Below, piece by piece: positions 37,955 through 47,992 of a stretch of DNA of 64,000 nt (the first letter of the stretch is position 1; each line of letters opens with the position of its first letter). A model generated the notes under the pieces. It was not told where the DNA came from and did not search any database. It worked only from the letters and a program-made list of their open reading frames with translations. Both the position numbers and the translations under genes were made by a program. Origin of the DNA: Porphyridium purpureum (Eukaryota); assembly GCA_008690995.1 (NCBI GenBank), contig VRMN01000003.1, positions 1,550,001 through 1,614,000 of the forward strand, given 5' to 3'.

Positions 37955-40330
37955 ATGGGGGAAAGCGAGCCCGGGCGGCAAACGATGCGGATCTTTGGCG
38001 GCACGTGGAACGTGAATGGCAAGCGGCCATCGATGCCGATGACCGACTTCTTGTTTGGGCGAGGCTCGGCGCCCGGCCCAGAGCATATGGTTTGCGACGT
38101 TTATCTCGTGGGCCTGCAGGAGGCGCAACCACTTTCCGGGATGAACGCGGTTGCAACAGACATGTCGCGCGGGCGCGCCTGGAAAGATGCGCTCGACAAC
38201 GAGTTTGTGAAGCTCAACGAGCCTATCGTTTGTGTATCATGGCATCAAATGGTCGGTATCTGCCTGCTCGTTTACGCGAAGCAGGCGATTCGCGGCCTCA
38301 TCCAAAACGTACACAAGTCAGAGGTCGGCACCGGGTTTCTAAACATGGCCGGGAACAAGGGTGGCATTGCCATGCGATTCGACCTCGCCGGTCACAGCGT
38401 CGCGGCCGTGGCGTGCCATTTGGCTGCCAGTCAGTCCAATGTGGATAAGCGCAACCAGGACTTTCGTGACGTTGTGCGCAGGGCGGTGTTTGAGGAACGC
38501 TACAGCATTTTGTCGCATGAAGTCGTGTTTTGGCTCGGTGATCTTAATTATCGCATCGATTTACCGGTACCAGAAGTCATGAAGTTGATTGCAATGCAGG
38601 ATTGGGAAACGCTTCGCAAGTACGATCAACTCATCCAGGCCAAGAGCAAGGGTGACGTTCTGCAAGGCTTTCAAGAGGCCGTGATCTCCTTCGCGCCAAC
38701 GTATAAGCTCTCTGCCATGGATAGCACGTACGAAATGGATGAAGAAGGAGGAATCAAGCGCACGCCATCATGGACTGATCGCGTGCTTTGGCGCACCTCT
38801 GCAAACATGCGAGGGACATTACGAGTATGCGCGTATCGACGGCACGAGGTCCTCGGCTCTGATCATCGGCCGGTCAGCGCAGTTTTTGACTGCATGTTAT
38901 CCGATGCGCCTCCTCCCGAAGCCGCATCAACGCCTCTTGAAGCTGCGCCTTCATCTGTTGCCCACGCAGACTCCTACTCGCGCGCGCTCGTGGCCGATCG
39001 CTCGCGACAGCGCGAGTTGGAGCGGATGGTGAAAGCTGAGGTGCACGTAGATCCTCAAACGATCTCAGCTGGAACAATCGCCGTAGGTGTCCAGAAACGT
39101 CTGTCATTCAACATGCGCAACACCGGGAGCATCGTCGCCCATGTTGAGATTCACGGTTCTCATATCGGGCATTGGCTTCTTGTTGACGATCGTGCCAGGG
39201 ACAATTCCATAGAATGCGCGCTCGCGCCAGGAGAGTCCATGTCGGTTGATGTGCACATTTTGCTCGATTCGCGTGCCTCCCCAGATAGCGCCGCGTTTGT
39301 CGAGAATGTAATCTTACGCAAGGAACCGCTGGAAGGCATTTTGCGCGTGGTCATTCGAGACGGTGGCGAAAAGTTTGTGGTGATCAGCGCGGATCTCGTG
39401 CCGACGGCATTGGGGCTTTCGCTGAACACCTTGGCCTGCTTGTCCATTCCTGTGGCGGAGTGCGCCACGCAGCCTGTGAACCAGCAACCTGCGTATCTGT
39501 TGGCACAGGCCAAGGTGCATGTGCCCTTGGAAATCTTCATGCTGTTGGATCTATTGTATCGATCACTCGTACTGTACAAGGAACGCAAGGGCGGCAAGGC
39601 AAACAAGTTTGTCATGCGCGTTGTGGGTGCGCACGCGGACTTTTCTCATGCCCAATTTTGTAGCGAGTTTGACCGCAAAGTCGAGTACCTTTTGGACGGA
39701 GTCGTGAATCAGCGCAAGCGCCTGGACTGCTCACAAGTTGATTTGTACGGCGCAGATCAGCGTGCCATCGATCCGTTTGCGATTTGGTGCTGCTTGCTTA
39801 CCGTGCTTCGCAATGCGAGAGAGGGCGTACTTTCACCGGATCTCGGGCGTAAAATGTTTGCACTTTTGGATACGCATTTTTCGAGCGAAGGCAGCACGAG
39901 CTTGCGTAGGGCGCTTGCAAATCACGAGGCGGCGCTAAATCGTGGCACTACGGATGGCATGGTTGTTGCCGTTTCTGCGGCTCCCGATCAGGCTGCTGAG
40001 AATAAGCTGGCATGGCTACGAGAAACGCTCTGGTCAATGGCCGCAAAAGCGCCTCGGATTCAGTTTAACACATTCACCTATGTCGTCGGCTTTCTCGGTG
40101 TCATTCAGACTGAGTCGTGCGGCTTATTGACCGCCGCCGAATCGATATGGCAACAGACTCTCAACGGTGTCGGATCGGCACTGTTTTCACATTCGACCGA
40201 CCAGAAAAAGGACGAGTATCGCGACAAGCTTATCCTGGCACTTCGCATCATGCTGACTGGCGGCGGAAGCACAAATTGTCGCTCGCGGGCGCTACGCATC
40301 CGCCTGTCCGACCCAACTCCTGCTAACTAA
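37955..40330 (+). CDS. Inositol polyphosphate 5-phosphatase, OCRL/INPP5B-like (IPPc + ASH-like + degenerate RhoGAP-like)
   Basis: GTWNVNG, VGLQE, GNKGG, FWLGDLNYRI, PSWTDRVLW, SDHRPV; then MRNTG (ASH-like), ALGLSL..L and VPLEIFMLLDLL. Confidence 0.9.
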   Translation: MGESEPGRQTMRIFGGTWNVNGKRPSMPMTDFLFGRGSAPGPEHMVCDVYLVGLQEAQPLSGMNAVATDMSRGRAWKDALDNEFVKLNEPIVCVSWHQMVGICLLVYAKQAIRGLIQNVHKSEVGTGFLNMAGNKGGIAMRFDLAGHSVAAVACHLAASQSNVDKRNQDFRDVVRRAVFEERYSILSHEVVFWLGDLNYRIDLPVPEVMKLIAMQDWETLRKYDQLIQAKSKGDVLQGFQEAVISFAPTYKLSAMDSTYEMDEEGGIKRTPSWTDRVLWRTSANMRGTLRVCAYRRHEVLGSDHRPVSAVFDCMLSDAPPPEAASTPLEAAPSSVAHADSYSRALVADRSRQRELERMVKAEVHVDPQTISAGTIAVGVQKRLSFNMRNTGSIVAHVEIHGSHIGHWLLVDDRARDNSIECALAPGESMSVDVHILLDSRASPDSAAFVENVILRKEPLEGILRVVIRDGGEKFVVISADLVPTALGLSLNTLACLSIPVAECATQPVNQQPAYLLAQAKVHVPLEIFMLLDLLYRSLVLYKERKGGKANKFVMRVVGAHADFSHAQFCSEFDRKVEYLLDGVVNQRKRLDCSQVDLYGADQRAIDPFAIWCCLLTVLRNAREGVLSPDLGRKMFALLDTHFSSEGSTSLRRALANHEAALNRGTTDGMVVAVSAAPDQAAENKLAWLRETLWSMAAKAPRIQFNTFTYVVGFLGVIQTESCGLLTAAESIWQQTLNGVGSALFSHSTDQKKDEYRDKLILALRIMLTGGGSTNCRSRALRIRLSDPTPAN

Positions 40331-40426
40331 ACCGAACGTTGTTGACTGAGAAGCACTCGGGAGTTTGTGCTCCACTTGGCGTAAAATGTCAAATGGGATA
40401 CGGAGGGAGGGACGTCTGCGTTTGTC

Positions 40427-41200
40427 ATGGCCATAGCCAGCGCGTTTGTCTTCGCAAGTTCAGGACTTAGACGAGCTCGTCAGACGCGGCCGGACCGAAC
40501 TGCTGCGCGACAGCTCGGGGCACACTGGCGCTGCGCCCAAAGGGTGTCGCTGGTTCGACCGCGATCTGGCGGTTGCGCCATGAGCAGTCGCCGTGAAGAG
40601 GGCACGGAGAAAGCCAAGCGCAGAACCGAATGGGCCGCAGATTTGACCAAGTGGATCGTATCCTTTTCTGTCTTCGGAGGTATAGTGTACTTTCACAACG
40701 CGCACGCACTCCTCCTGACATGCGGCGCAATCACGGGCGGGATGGTTGGAAAGGCCTTGAAAGCGATCATCAATGAGACGCGGCCCGAAGGGTCCAAACT
40801 CGTTGACCCGGGAATGCCGAGTTCGCATGCGCTTCAGCTGTTTTATTGGGCGTCAGTCATGACGATTACGATGTTCAGTACCGTGTCCGCAGAGCCAAGT
40901 ATTGTATTCCGTCTCGCCGTCAGCGGTGCTCTTTTCGTTTTCGCGATCGTGTCGGCGTCGTGGAGAGTAGCTGTCGGATTCCACTCTGCCGAGCAGGTGG
41001 TGGTGGGTGCAGCGTGTGGATCCATGCATGCCTTCCTGTGGGCCTATTTGGTAAGCCGCCATTTGCTGCCGCTCGCAGATCCTATCATCAGTCCGCACCC
41101 GTGGCTCTATGTCATCACGATATCTGTCCTCGGCTTCGCGGCGATCAATACGGGGAGCTTGTGGCGCCTGATGATCAGACGGAACGCACGACAAGAGTAG
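40427..41200 (+). CDS. PAP2-family lipid phosphate phosphatase (plastid LPP-epsilon-like)
   Basis: K......RP, GMPSSH, WRVAVGFHSAEQV; transit-like MAIASAFV. Confidence 0.85.
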   Translation: MAIASAFVFASSGLRRARQTRPDRTAARQLGAHWRCAQRVSLVRPRSGGCAMSSRREEGTEKAKRRTEWAADLTKWIVSFSVFGGIVYFHNAHALLLTCGAITGGMVGKALKAIINETRPEGSKLVDPGMPSSHALQLFYWASVMTITMFSTVSAEPSIVFRLAVSGALFVFAIVSASWRVAVGFHSAEQVVVGAACGSMHAFLWAYLVSRHLLPLADPIISPHPWLYVITISVLGFAAINTGSLWRLMIRRNARQE

Positions 41201-41310
41201 ATGTATGACGAGTTCTACATTCGTGATTACTTGTACGATCAACAAAACAAGACAAATGATGTCTTGGTACTGAGACGGGGATTCCGCGCTCCTCTAACGC
41301 CGAGCACGTA

Positions 41311-42000
41311 TCACTCCTTGAACGCGCTTGGTTTACCTCCAGCCAATTCGACATCTTGGGTGAGATCAATTCCCGTCCCAGCCATGTGTACATTTGTGAG
41401 TTTGACGCTTCTGCTTTTTCTGGCCTCCATCTTCTTTGGCCGCTTCCGCATGATGGAGCCTGCGTTCGGCCGTGAATGGCTTCCCTTCTTCAAGTCGTGC
41501 TCTTTTAGGTAAAGATGGATGTCGTGTGGCTCTGGGAGTCGGATCTCGTGAAACTTCTTCGCGATCTCCTCGTGAATGTGTATATAAAGTCTTGCCTCAT
41601 AGTTAAAGAGCAGCGTCTTGCTTGAGCCCGGAATATGGAGCTTGATGAGCTGTCGCGGGTTCGCTTCCGCAAGCTCCTCGATATCCGCCTTCACCCCGTT
41701 GTACGAATCATACAAATCTGACGCCACAATGGGCGCCTTCGCCCGCCGCAAAAGTGCTACGAGGTCCGCACGATCACGAAGGTAGTAGCGGCTCTTCCAC
41801 CGGTATCGGGAGTCCGGCAGCACGATCACCTTGGGATTACTCTTGACATTGTTTCGTAGCTCCGTGTTCACCGCCAAGTCCACATCTGGCAGCCTCGACT
41901 TGATTTCCGCCACCGACATTGGCCTGAGCTCTGACTGCAACAACTTGAGCACTCTGTGCAACAAGAGACCGACAGGGTTTCCCCCCTGCTCTACGACCAT
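41311..42000 (-). CDS. TFA2: Transcription factor TFIIE beta subunit
   Basis: NVKSNPKV, YRWKSRYYLRDRADL, DLYDSY, LLFN..., KLTNVHM. Confidence 0.85.
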   Translation of the reverse strand: MVVEQGGNPVGLLLHRVLKLLQSELRPMSVAEIKSRLPDVDLAVNTELRNNVKSNPKVIVLPDSRYRWKSRYYLRDRADLVALLRRAKAPIVASDLYDSYNGVKADIEELAEANPRQLIKLHIPGSSKTLLFNYEARLYIHIHEEIAKKFHEIRLPEPHDIHLYLKEHDLKKGSHSRPNAGSIMRKRPKKMEARKSRSVKLTNVHMAGTGIDLTQDVELAGGKPSAFKE

Positions 42001-42168
42001 TGCGCTTCGGTGTCGCGCTGTCTCTTCTAGCGAAGTTTTCCCTGCCTCCCAACCGTTTCCACTGGAGCCAAATACAGCGCGTACGCTGCGCCAAGTCCTC
42101 GATCTCTCTCTCCGTTTCCTCCTCTCAATTCTCACTGCGCTGTGGTGACAAATTTTTCCTTTACATTG

Positions 42169-42927
42169 CTACTTGGTTCGTTTGGATAGTTCTCGTCGCG
42201 TACTCGGCGGCTCTTGGGTAGACTGCTCGACCTGTTTCTTACCCGTACTGCCTGTATTCGCGCCGGCTTGCGTTTCAGGCGCTCCATTCCCCGTTGCAGC
42301 CGATGCCGTTTTATCTTTCTTGCGGTTCGCTGCAAGCGACTTTTTCCGCAGCGCGTATGTCATTCCCATCACCTGCCGCTTGAATTTCTCGAGTAGATAT
42401 CCGTCAAGCCCAGTGATGTCCGCAAATCTGTCTGCTTGCTCTGGCACACTTTTCTCTGCGGCAAGCTCGGCACCCTGTTGACCGTCAACCGCTTGCTCGG
42501 TGGATGGCTCTTCCAAGACATTCGCCTGGACCTCGTCCTGTTCCGCGAGCATGCTGGCTTCGTCGCCATTAACCGCATGCCCATCAGCTACCAGCTCAGT
42601 CTCAACTTTCTCCTCATCACCACCATCATTTGCTGTGGCGGCGGGCGCCTCAGTTGCTTCCTTCTTGACAATTTCGCTGCCAGCAAGAGCCTCGTTTTCG
42701 CGGCTCTCCTCCTCTTTGTTTCGCATGACGGTTCCCTCCTCATTTCGAGGCCTCTTGCTTGCAACCGAGTCCTGGTCTGGTCCGGCGCCGGTGCCTGGAG
42801 ATCCTCCGCGCTTGTTTAGAGTCTCATTGTCATCCGAGTCCTCGTCACCTGATCCACCTTCCGAGCGCGTCTTCCTCTTCTTCAAAAACTCCGGACCTTT
42901 GAGTCTCGGCTCTGGTTCGTCTCCCAT
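42169..42927 (-). CDS. Hypothetical acidic, low-complexity protein with NLS-like KKRK
   Basis: 252-aa ATG-initiated ORF filling the gap between neighbouring genes. Confidence 0.6.
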   Translation of the reverse strand: MGDEPEPRLKGPEFLKKRKTRSEGGSGDEDSDDNETLNKRGGSPGTGAGPDQDSVASKRPRNEEGTVMRNKEEESRENEALAGSEIVKKEATEAPAATANDGGDEEKVETELVADGHAVNGDEASMLAEQDEVQANVLEEPSTEQAVDGQQGAELAAEKSVPEQADRFADITGLDGYLLEKFKRQVMGMTYALRKKSLAANRKKDKTASAATGNGAPETQAGANTGSTGKKQVEQSTQEPPSTRRELSKRTK

Positions 42928-43095
42928 GTTCCTTTCCGCAGCTCTCCGCGCGCAAGGGTGGCGAAAGCCGCCACGGGGTCGCGGACCACCTTATTCTCCT
43001 AGCCCGCTGCCCTTTTCCGAGGCAGACAAATGACTTCCAACGCTGTTGACGAATTCCCTCGCCGTGAAAACGCCTTTGTTGGGTCGAGAAGGCGG

Positions 43096-45150
43096 ATGGC
43101 ATTTGGTTGCGTCTATGCGGCGCTTGCGCGGCAACAAGACTGCAGCGCGGTTCGATGGAGAGATCGGAACGCGTGGCTGCACACGCGCCGTGCCCGTAAC
43201 GCGCACATTTGCCGGTGCTTGGTGCTGCGCTTGGCGAGGCAACGGCAGGTATTCTCGGGCGAGCAGCAGCAGCTTTACCGGCAGTCGCGGCTCGGACTCA
43301 ATGAGTGGAGCGAGCCGAGGAAGAAGGGACAATTCAGTGATGAGCCGTGGCTGGAGCGCATGGCGTCTCTACGTTCGCAGAGTCGAGCCGACCGAACCCA
43401 TGGTGATGCAACATACATCGCAACGTTCTTCGCGCAAGTGTATGACTCGATTGGCTTGCACGGGTACAATACACAGCGCGCAGAAGCGCTGCTTCGGCTG
43501 CTTTTGATGTTCGCGCGGAAAAATACGTATCAGATGGATGCAACGAGGCGCTACTTGCTGAACAGTGACTTTCTGGAAAAATACTTGCAGCTCTGGGAGG
43601 ATATCGTGCTGGAGCATGAGAGTAAAGTATTCACAGTGGAGACCAGCGAAACGCCTTCACTCATTGAAAAAGCAGAGTGTATCGGCGTTATCACGCTGTG
43701 CTCCGTGCTGCACTCGTTCGCCGCCATGGATGTCTTCCCGGGTCGCAAGTTCATTCGTCTCTGGTGCATTCTGTACGAGCTGCAACCGGATCGGGCCTCG
43801 CCACGCTCCTTGTCAACTGCGTTTTGGTGCCTAGCGCGCTTTGGAACCGTACCGAGTTTTGAGCTCACTACAATTCTGAATAACTCTCTGGCGGTTTATG
43901 GCGATGAGTTCAGCGCCACAGAGCTCGCGAACGTTGTCTGGTCCGTAAGTCGCTTGCTCGTACGACCTAGAACACCGCCAAGCGAGAATGTATCGCTCAG
44001 TGACAGTTCCGACGTGCTTGATTGGCAGGCGTTTCTGAGCGCCATGGAGAGTTGCCACTGCGCATACTCGTTCTCGCCGATTGAGCTCCAGAACATTCTC
44101 TATGGTGTCACGCGCTTGATCGACAATGGACAGGCTCAGTTCCTGATGTCCAACGAAGACACTTGCCAGCGGCTATGGGACTTATGGTGGAGTGCATGGC
44201 TCAAGATGCTAGGCCAGACCAGGCGAAAAAGCACCAAAGGAGGCGCGGCTTCGGACGGCGTGCAGGGCCCTTCGCTAAGTGTAACGTTGGGAGCTGTCAC
44301 CAGGCTGGCGTGTCATGTACGCATACAAGAGGACCAAGTCAGAAACTTGCACGTACATTTGCATAATTGCAGACACAGCGTGCCTCTGCGACAAAGTGAA
44401 TTTGTACTGGGCTTTCTCGCCACATTCAAACATGTTCCAGATCTGGACCCGCGTGTACAAGCATACTTTGTGAGAAGAGTGTCGCGCTATTGTCGTGCGA
44501 CTGTTGGTTCCGACGACATATCGTACGTCAGTCTGGAGCAGGGCCCAGCGACACCATCGAACAATATGATGGGCGACTATCCGTTCTTGTGCACTGTTCA
44601 AAAATGCATCGAACTCGAGACCGCTGACTTTGATGTGGATGCAAGGCACGCGGCGCTCAGCAAGATTTTGAAACTTAACTGCGCGCGCCTTGGCCCCGAT
44701 GCAATCGTTAAGAGCATTTGGGTGCTTTACTTATTGCTTCAAAAGGCTCGGTCCCAAAGACTAGACGAGACGCGCCTGTTGCCGCTTCAGGAGACTACTG
44801 CTGCATGGCTTCGGTCATGGATGCGTCGGCTCGAAGAAATTGCACCACAACTCAGCTCTTCGGACTTTGCTGGTTGTGTGCTAGCGCTGTGCAATGTGCA
44901 TCGCAAGCTCCAAGTGGAAAGTTCGGCGGCTGCGCGCTTCCCGGGGAAAGAGGTGGTGCGCCGCGTGACTGCGCTTTTGCAAGAGCGCCTAGCTGCCGTC
45001 GAAAGCGAAGAGAAGGAGTTGTACGATCAGGTGCGCCACTCAGATGAAGCTGTTGGGGGGCAGCGTCCGTACATGGAGGTCTACGCGTGCACAGAGCAGC
45101 ATCTCCAGCTGATCTCACGCGCCATGGATCTTCTGCGCGACAGACGTTGA
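43096..45150 (+). CDS. Organelle-targeted helical-repeat protein (OPR/HPR/FASTK-like)
   Basis: Repeats LCSVLHSFA, SLSTAFWCLAR, FSATELANVVWSVSRL, FSPIELQNILYG; MAF... presequence at 43096 (the ORF opens at 43030). Confidence 0.65.
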   Translation: MAFGCVYAALARQQDCSAVRWRDRNAWLHTRRARNAHICRCLVLRLARQRQVFSGEQQQLYRQSRLGLNEWSEPRKKGQFSDEPWLERMASLRSQSRADRTHGDATYIATFFAQVYDSIGLHGYNTQRAEALLRLLLMFARKNTYQMDATRRYLLNSDFLEKYLQLWEDIVLEHESKVFTVETSETPSLIEKAECIGVITLCSVLHSFAAMDVFPGRKFIRLWCILYELQPDRASPRSLSTAFWCLARFGTVPSFELTTILNNSLAVYGDEFSATELANVVWSVSRLLVRPRTPPSENVSLSDSSDVLDWQAFLSAMESCHCAYSFSPIELQNILYGVTRLIDNGQAQFLMSNEDTCQRLWDLWWSAWLKMLGQTRRKSTKGGAASDGVQGPSLSVTLGAVTRLACHVRIQEDQVRNLHVHLHNCRHSVPLRQSEFVLGFLATFKHVPDLDPRVQAYFVRRVSRYCRATVGSDDISYVSLEQGPATPSNNMMGDYPFLCTVQKCIELETADFDVDARHAALSKILKLNCARLGPDAIVKSIWVLYLLLQKARSQRLDETRLLPLQETTAAWLRSWMRRLEEIAPQLSSSDFAGCVLALCNVHRKLQVESSAAARFPGKEVVRRVTALLQERLAAVESEEKELYDQVRHSDEAVGGQRPYMEVYACTEQHLQLISRAMDLLRDRR

Positions 45151-45171
45151 GGAAAGAGTCCGCAACATTTT

Positions 45172-45765
45172 TCATAGTTTGTTTTGCTCTTTATGCAATG
45201 AGAGCTCTTCCTCAGGCAGAGCGCGGTGGTACAAGTATCGCTGTGGTTTGAGGCTGAACAAGTGACGCCAACGTAAAGGTTCTCGATACCGCATCGTAAA
45301 CCCGTTCCGTCGCCAAAATTGCATTGCAGGCCAGTTTGTCGATTCAACAGTCAAAAACACATCATCTATGGCAGCCTCCCTCGACACGCGTTCACACTCG
45401 CGCACAAGTGCGCGCGCAATGCCGCGTCTGCGATTCTGCGGCGTCACAAAAAGATTCCCAATGTACGCACCTTTTCTCCCCTTGGGCGTGGAGAATGGGC
45501 ACGGCAGGCGAGCAACTTCGCAGATCGCCACAGGCGTCTCGCACGGACAAACCGCAGCAATAAGAACGATAAGGCCGTCAGTATCGCCAGCGGCATCAAT
45601 TCCACCGTCACTTGCGCCTTCCTTTGCTAAGCGCGCAGCCGACGCTGGGCTCCAGCCACGGAGCTGTGTTGCGAGGGCGGCCATCTCGTGCCGCATTACC
45701 CGCTTGATCTTCCACCCGGGCGGAGGCATTTCGCCGGACATCGTCAGTGACGCGGTGAAAGCCAT
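45172..45765 (-). CDS. GNAT-family acetyltransferase
   Basis: AYIGNLFV..QNRRRGIARAL, VFLTVESTN..AMQFWRRNGF. Confidence 0.88.
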   Translation of the reverse strand: MAFTASLTMSGEMPPPGWKIKRVMRHEMAALATQLRGWSPASAARLAKEGASDGGIDAAGDTDGLIVLIAAVCPCETPVAICEVARLPCPFSTPKGRKGAYIGNLFVTPQNRRRGIARALVRECERVSREAAIDDVFLTVESTNWPAMQFWRRNGFTMRYREPLRWRHLFSLKPQRYLYHRALPEEELSLHKEQNKL

Positions 45766-45771
45766 TCTCAA

Positions 45772-47121
45772 ATGGGCGAGAACTGGGGTCTCCCCGAAGC
45801 CGTGCCCTTGAAGCGAAAACACCGCGCTCGTCTCGCTTCGGAAATCCGGCTTTTCAAGGCATGCAAGCGTCTAACTCATGAACTCCACCGACTCGTTCGC
45901 TCAAGTGGAGCCCGACAGGTGCCGGTCTTGGCGCTGGAGCGATGGTTGGCGAGATGGTCGATGCGATTCGAGCGGCACGAAGAAGTGCCGATCTTTCGCG
46001 CAGAACGTTACATGATTCCTAGATTTGCTCTCGGTGATGCTCCTGAACAGGGTCTCGTTGCGGACCTGCAGCGAGGTTGTGCTGGCATGGAGAAGCAGAC
46101 TGCCACAAAGATCACCTCGGCACTGCACGACTTTGCGCGTCAGCTAGGCGAGCGACTCGATAAGGAAAACCAAGAGCAAGAACTAGCGAAAGAGCCTCCG
46201 GAACTGCGACTTTCCGTTCAGCACAGCGCTGATGGACAGACTTTGCGAATGAATATTGCAGTTCCGGAGATGCAGGGCAAAATGCCTTGGTTTAGTGTTT
46301 CTGCGAGGCATTTGGACAAGCTGCAGCTCTTGTGCCCGAAGAAAAAATCTCGCGCATCCAGAATAGCGGCCATCTGCCGTGTAATCATGCGGTACGACGC
46401 ATTGACGCTCGGGGGAGGAGCTGGGTACCAGGCTGCTTTGCCCCTGGCTGGATTCCGGTGGCTGCAGCAAGAGCTGGACTGTAGCGTCGAAGCCTTCGCG
46501 AGTCCGCTAAACTGCACCTTGGTCCATTATGGCTCACAGTTTCCAGACACAGACGCACTATTCGGCTCGAACCTCGGCAACTTTTTCCAATGGAGCCTGT
46601 CTGAAGTTCTCATGAGGGGTCGCTGTGTGGAGGTCAATCCACCGTTTGTACCTGAGGTGATGGACCTCGCAGTGGAGAAGGTGGAGGACCTGCTGCGGCA
46701 AGCGCGGAACGCGGGCGAAGCGCTACGGTTTGTGATCCTGGTCCCAAAATGGCAGCCGCTTAGAATGTGGCGTAAGCTCATGGACTCCAAGTACAATGAG
46801 CGACCGGAAGGTTCGCCTGTTTTTGTGCTGCCACAGGAAGATCATTTGTTTTGCGACGGCAAGCAGCATATCATTGCCAAGGAGGCCATGCACCACCGAC
46901 CTAGCAGTTTCGACTCGGGCATTTTTGTTTTGGGATGCGGCCGCCGCTCGCCAAGCGAAGTACCTCTCGATGCTCTTTCGCGCGTCTTGCGTGAGCACGC
47001 CAAGACTCATCGCCGAACTGTAGAACGCGGCGTTCGTGGTACTAATGGCGCGGCGCTCACTATTCAAGAGTACGAGCGCCAGGTCCGGAAGCGACGCAAG
47101 CTTGGAAAGCAAAGCACGTGA
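45772..47121 (+). CDS. PCIF1: PCIF1/CAPAM-like cap-specific adenosine N6-methyltransferase
   Basis: GYQAALP, EAFASPLN, FPDTDALFGS..GNFF, EVNPPFVPE (NPPF catalytic motif), FVILVPKW, H.FCDG.QH. Confidence 0.88.
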   Translation: MGENWGLPEAVPLKRKHRARLASEIRLFKACKRLTHELHRLVRSSGARQVPVLALERWLARWSMRFERHEEVPIFRAERYMIPRFALGDAPEQGLVADLQRGCAGMEKQTATKITSALHDFARQLGERLDKENQEQELAKEPPELRLSVQHSADGQTLRMNIAVPEMQGKMPWFSVSARHLDKLQLLCPKKKSRASRIAAICRVIMRYDALTLGGGAGYQAALPLAGFRWLQQELDCSVEAFASPLNCTLVHYGSQFPDTDALFGSNLGNFFQWSLSEVLMRGRCVEVNPPFVPEVMDLAVEKVEDLLRQARNAGEALRFVILVPKWQPLRMWRKLMDSKYNERPEGSPVFVLPQEDHLFCDGKQHIIAKEAMHHRPSSFDSGIFVLGCGRRSPSEVPLDALSRVLREHAKTHRRTVERGVRGTNGAALTIQEYERQVRKRRKLGKQST

Positions 47122-47185
47122 CTCGAGAGTGTGGAGAAACAAGGCAACCAACACGAGCAAACATAAACGGAGACAAATTATCGTT

Positions 47186-47632
47186 TCAAAACAAGGCCTT
47201 ACCATCTCCATTGCACATGGGACACTCCATTTGACCCCGCCCGACACACGCTGCGCAGGTGCGATACATATTCTCTTGATCAAGCCAGATGAAGCCGACC
47301 TTGTCACATCGCGAACACGGCACCAGGCCTGCACCAGCGCAATGGGAACACGCGCGGGTCAGAAACTCACTGCCATCTTCTTCCGTCTCGACATCTGCCT
47401 CGGATTCGCCATCTGAGTCTGGCAGAAAGGCACTGGATGCGGAGTCTACTGTCCTTCCCACGGATCGGGGAGCAACGCTTCGAACTCGACAGCATGACCT
47501 CGTCTGGCTCTGATTCTGACGTGATCCCGCCGCGCAGGCACCTGGTTCACGCCGCCCCGTTCGTACTCGCGACAAACGCCCACATAACTCGGGCGCGGCG
47601 GCAACAAACAGTGCCACACCCATGAGTCCCAT
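47186..47632 (-). CDS. DnaJ-like zinc-finger (CxxCxGxG) protein, likely plastid-targeted
   Basis: CSHCAGAG, CSRCDKVG, CAACVGRG, CPMCNGDG; no J domain. Confidence 0.8.
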   Translation of the reverse strand: MGLMGVALFVAAAPELCGRLSRVRTGRREPGACAAGSRQNQSQTRSCCRVRSVAPRSVGRTVDSASSAFLPDSDGESEADVETEEDGSEFLTRACSHCAGAGLVPCSRCDKVGFIWLDQENMYRTCAACVGRGQMECPMCNGDGKALF

Positions 47633-47992
47633 TCTTCGACTAGATTTCACCTGCGCCGACGAGGAAACACGTCCCCACAACCAACAACCGCAGCGCCAAT
47701 GCCCACCTTGAGAGCGCCGGAGCTCGCGCGGGAAGTAGTTGTGGTTTCTTGGGGACTAGCCACATTGTCTACCCACTCTGTGCGTATGCCGGTGCATACG
47801 TGTGTGTCGGCGTCGTTGTGCGCGCAGGGCGGAGCGGACTATACCAGACCTGTCATAGCCACGTCGCTCGCCTCATCCTTGCGGTGCGTTGATGTGCTTT
47901 GCCGATGCTCGAAGTCAGTGCGTGGACCTGTGTGTGTGTGCATCGGCTTAGAAGTCCGTGAAACCGGCGCGACGTCTTGCGACGGAAGTGCG

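Noticed and set aside
37155..38156. 333-aa minus-strand ORF
   Set aside because: Overlaps the 5-phosphatase and the 37426 ORF in antisense; Arg/Ser/Ala-rich shadow composition.
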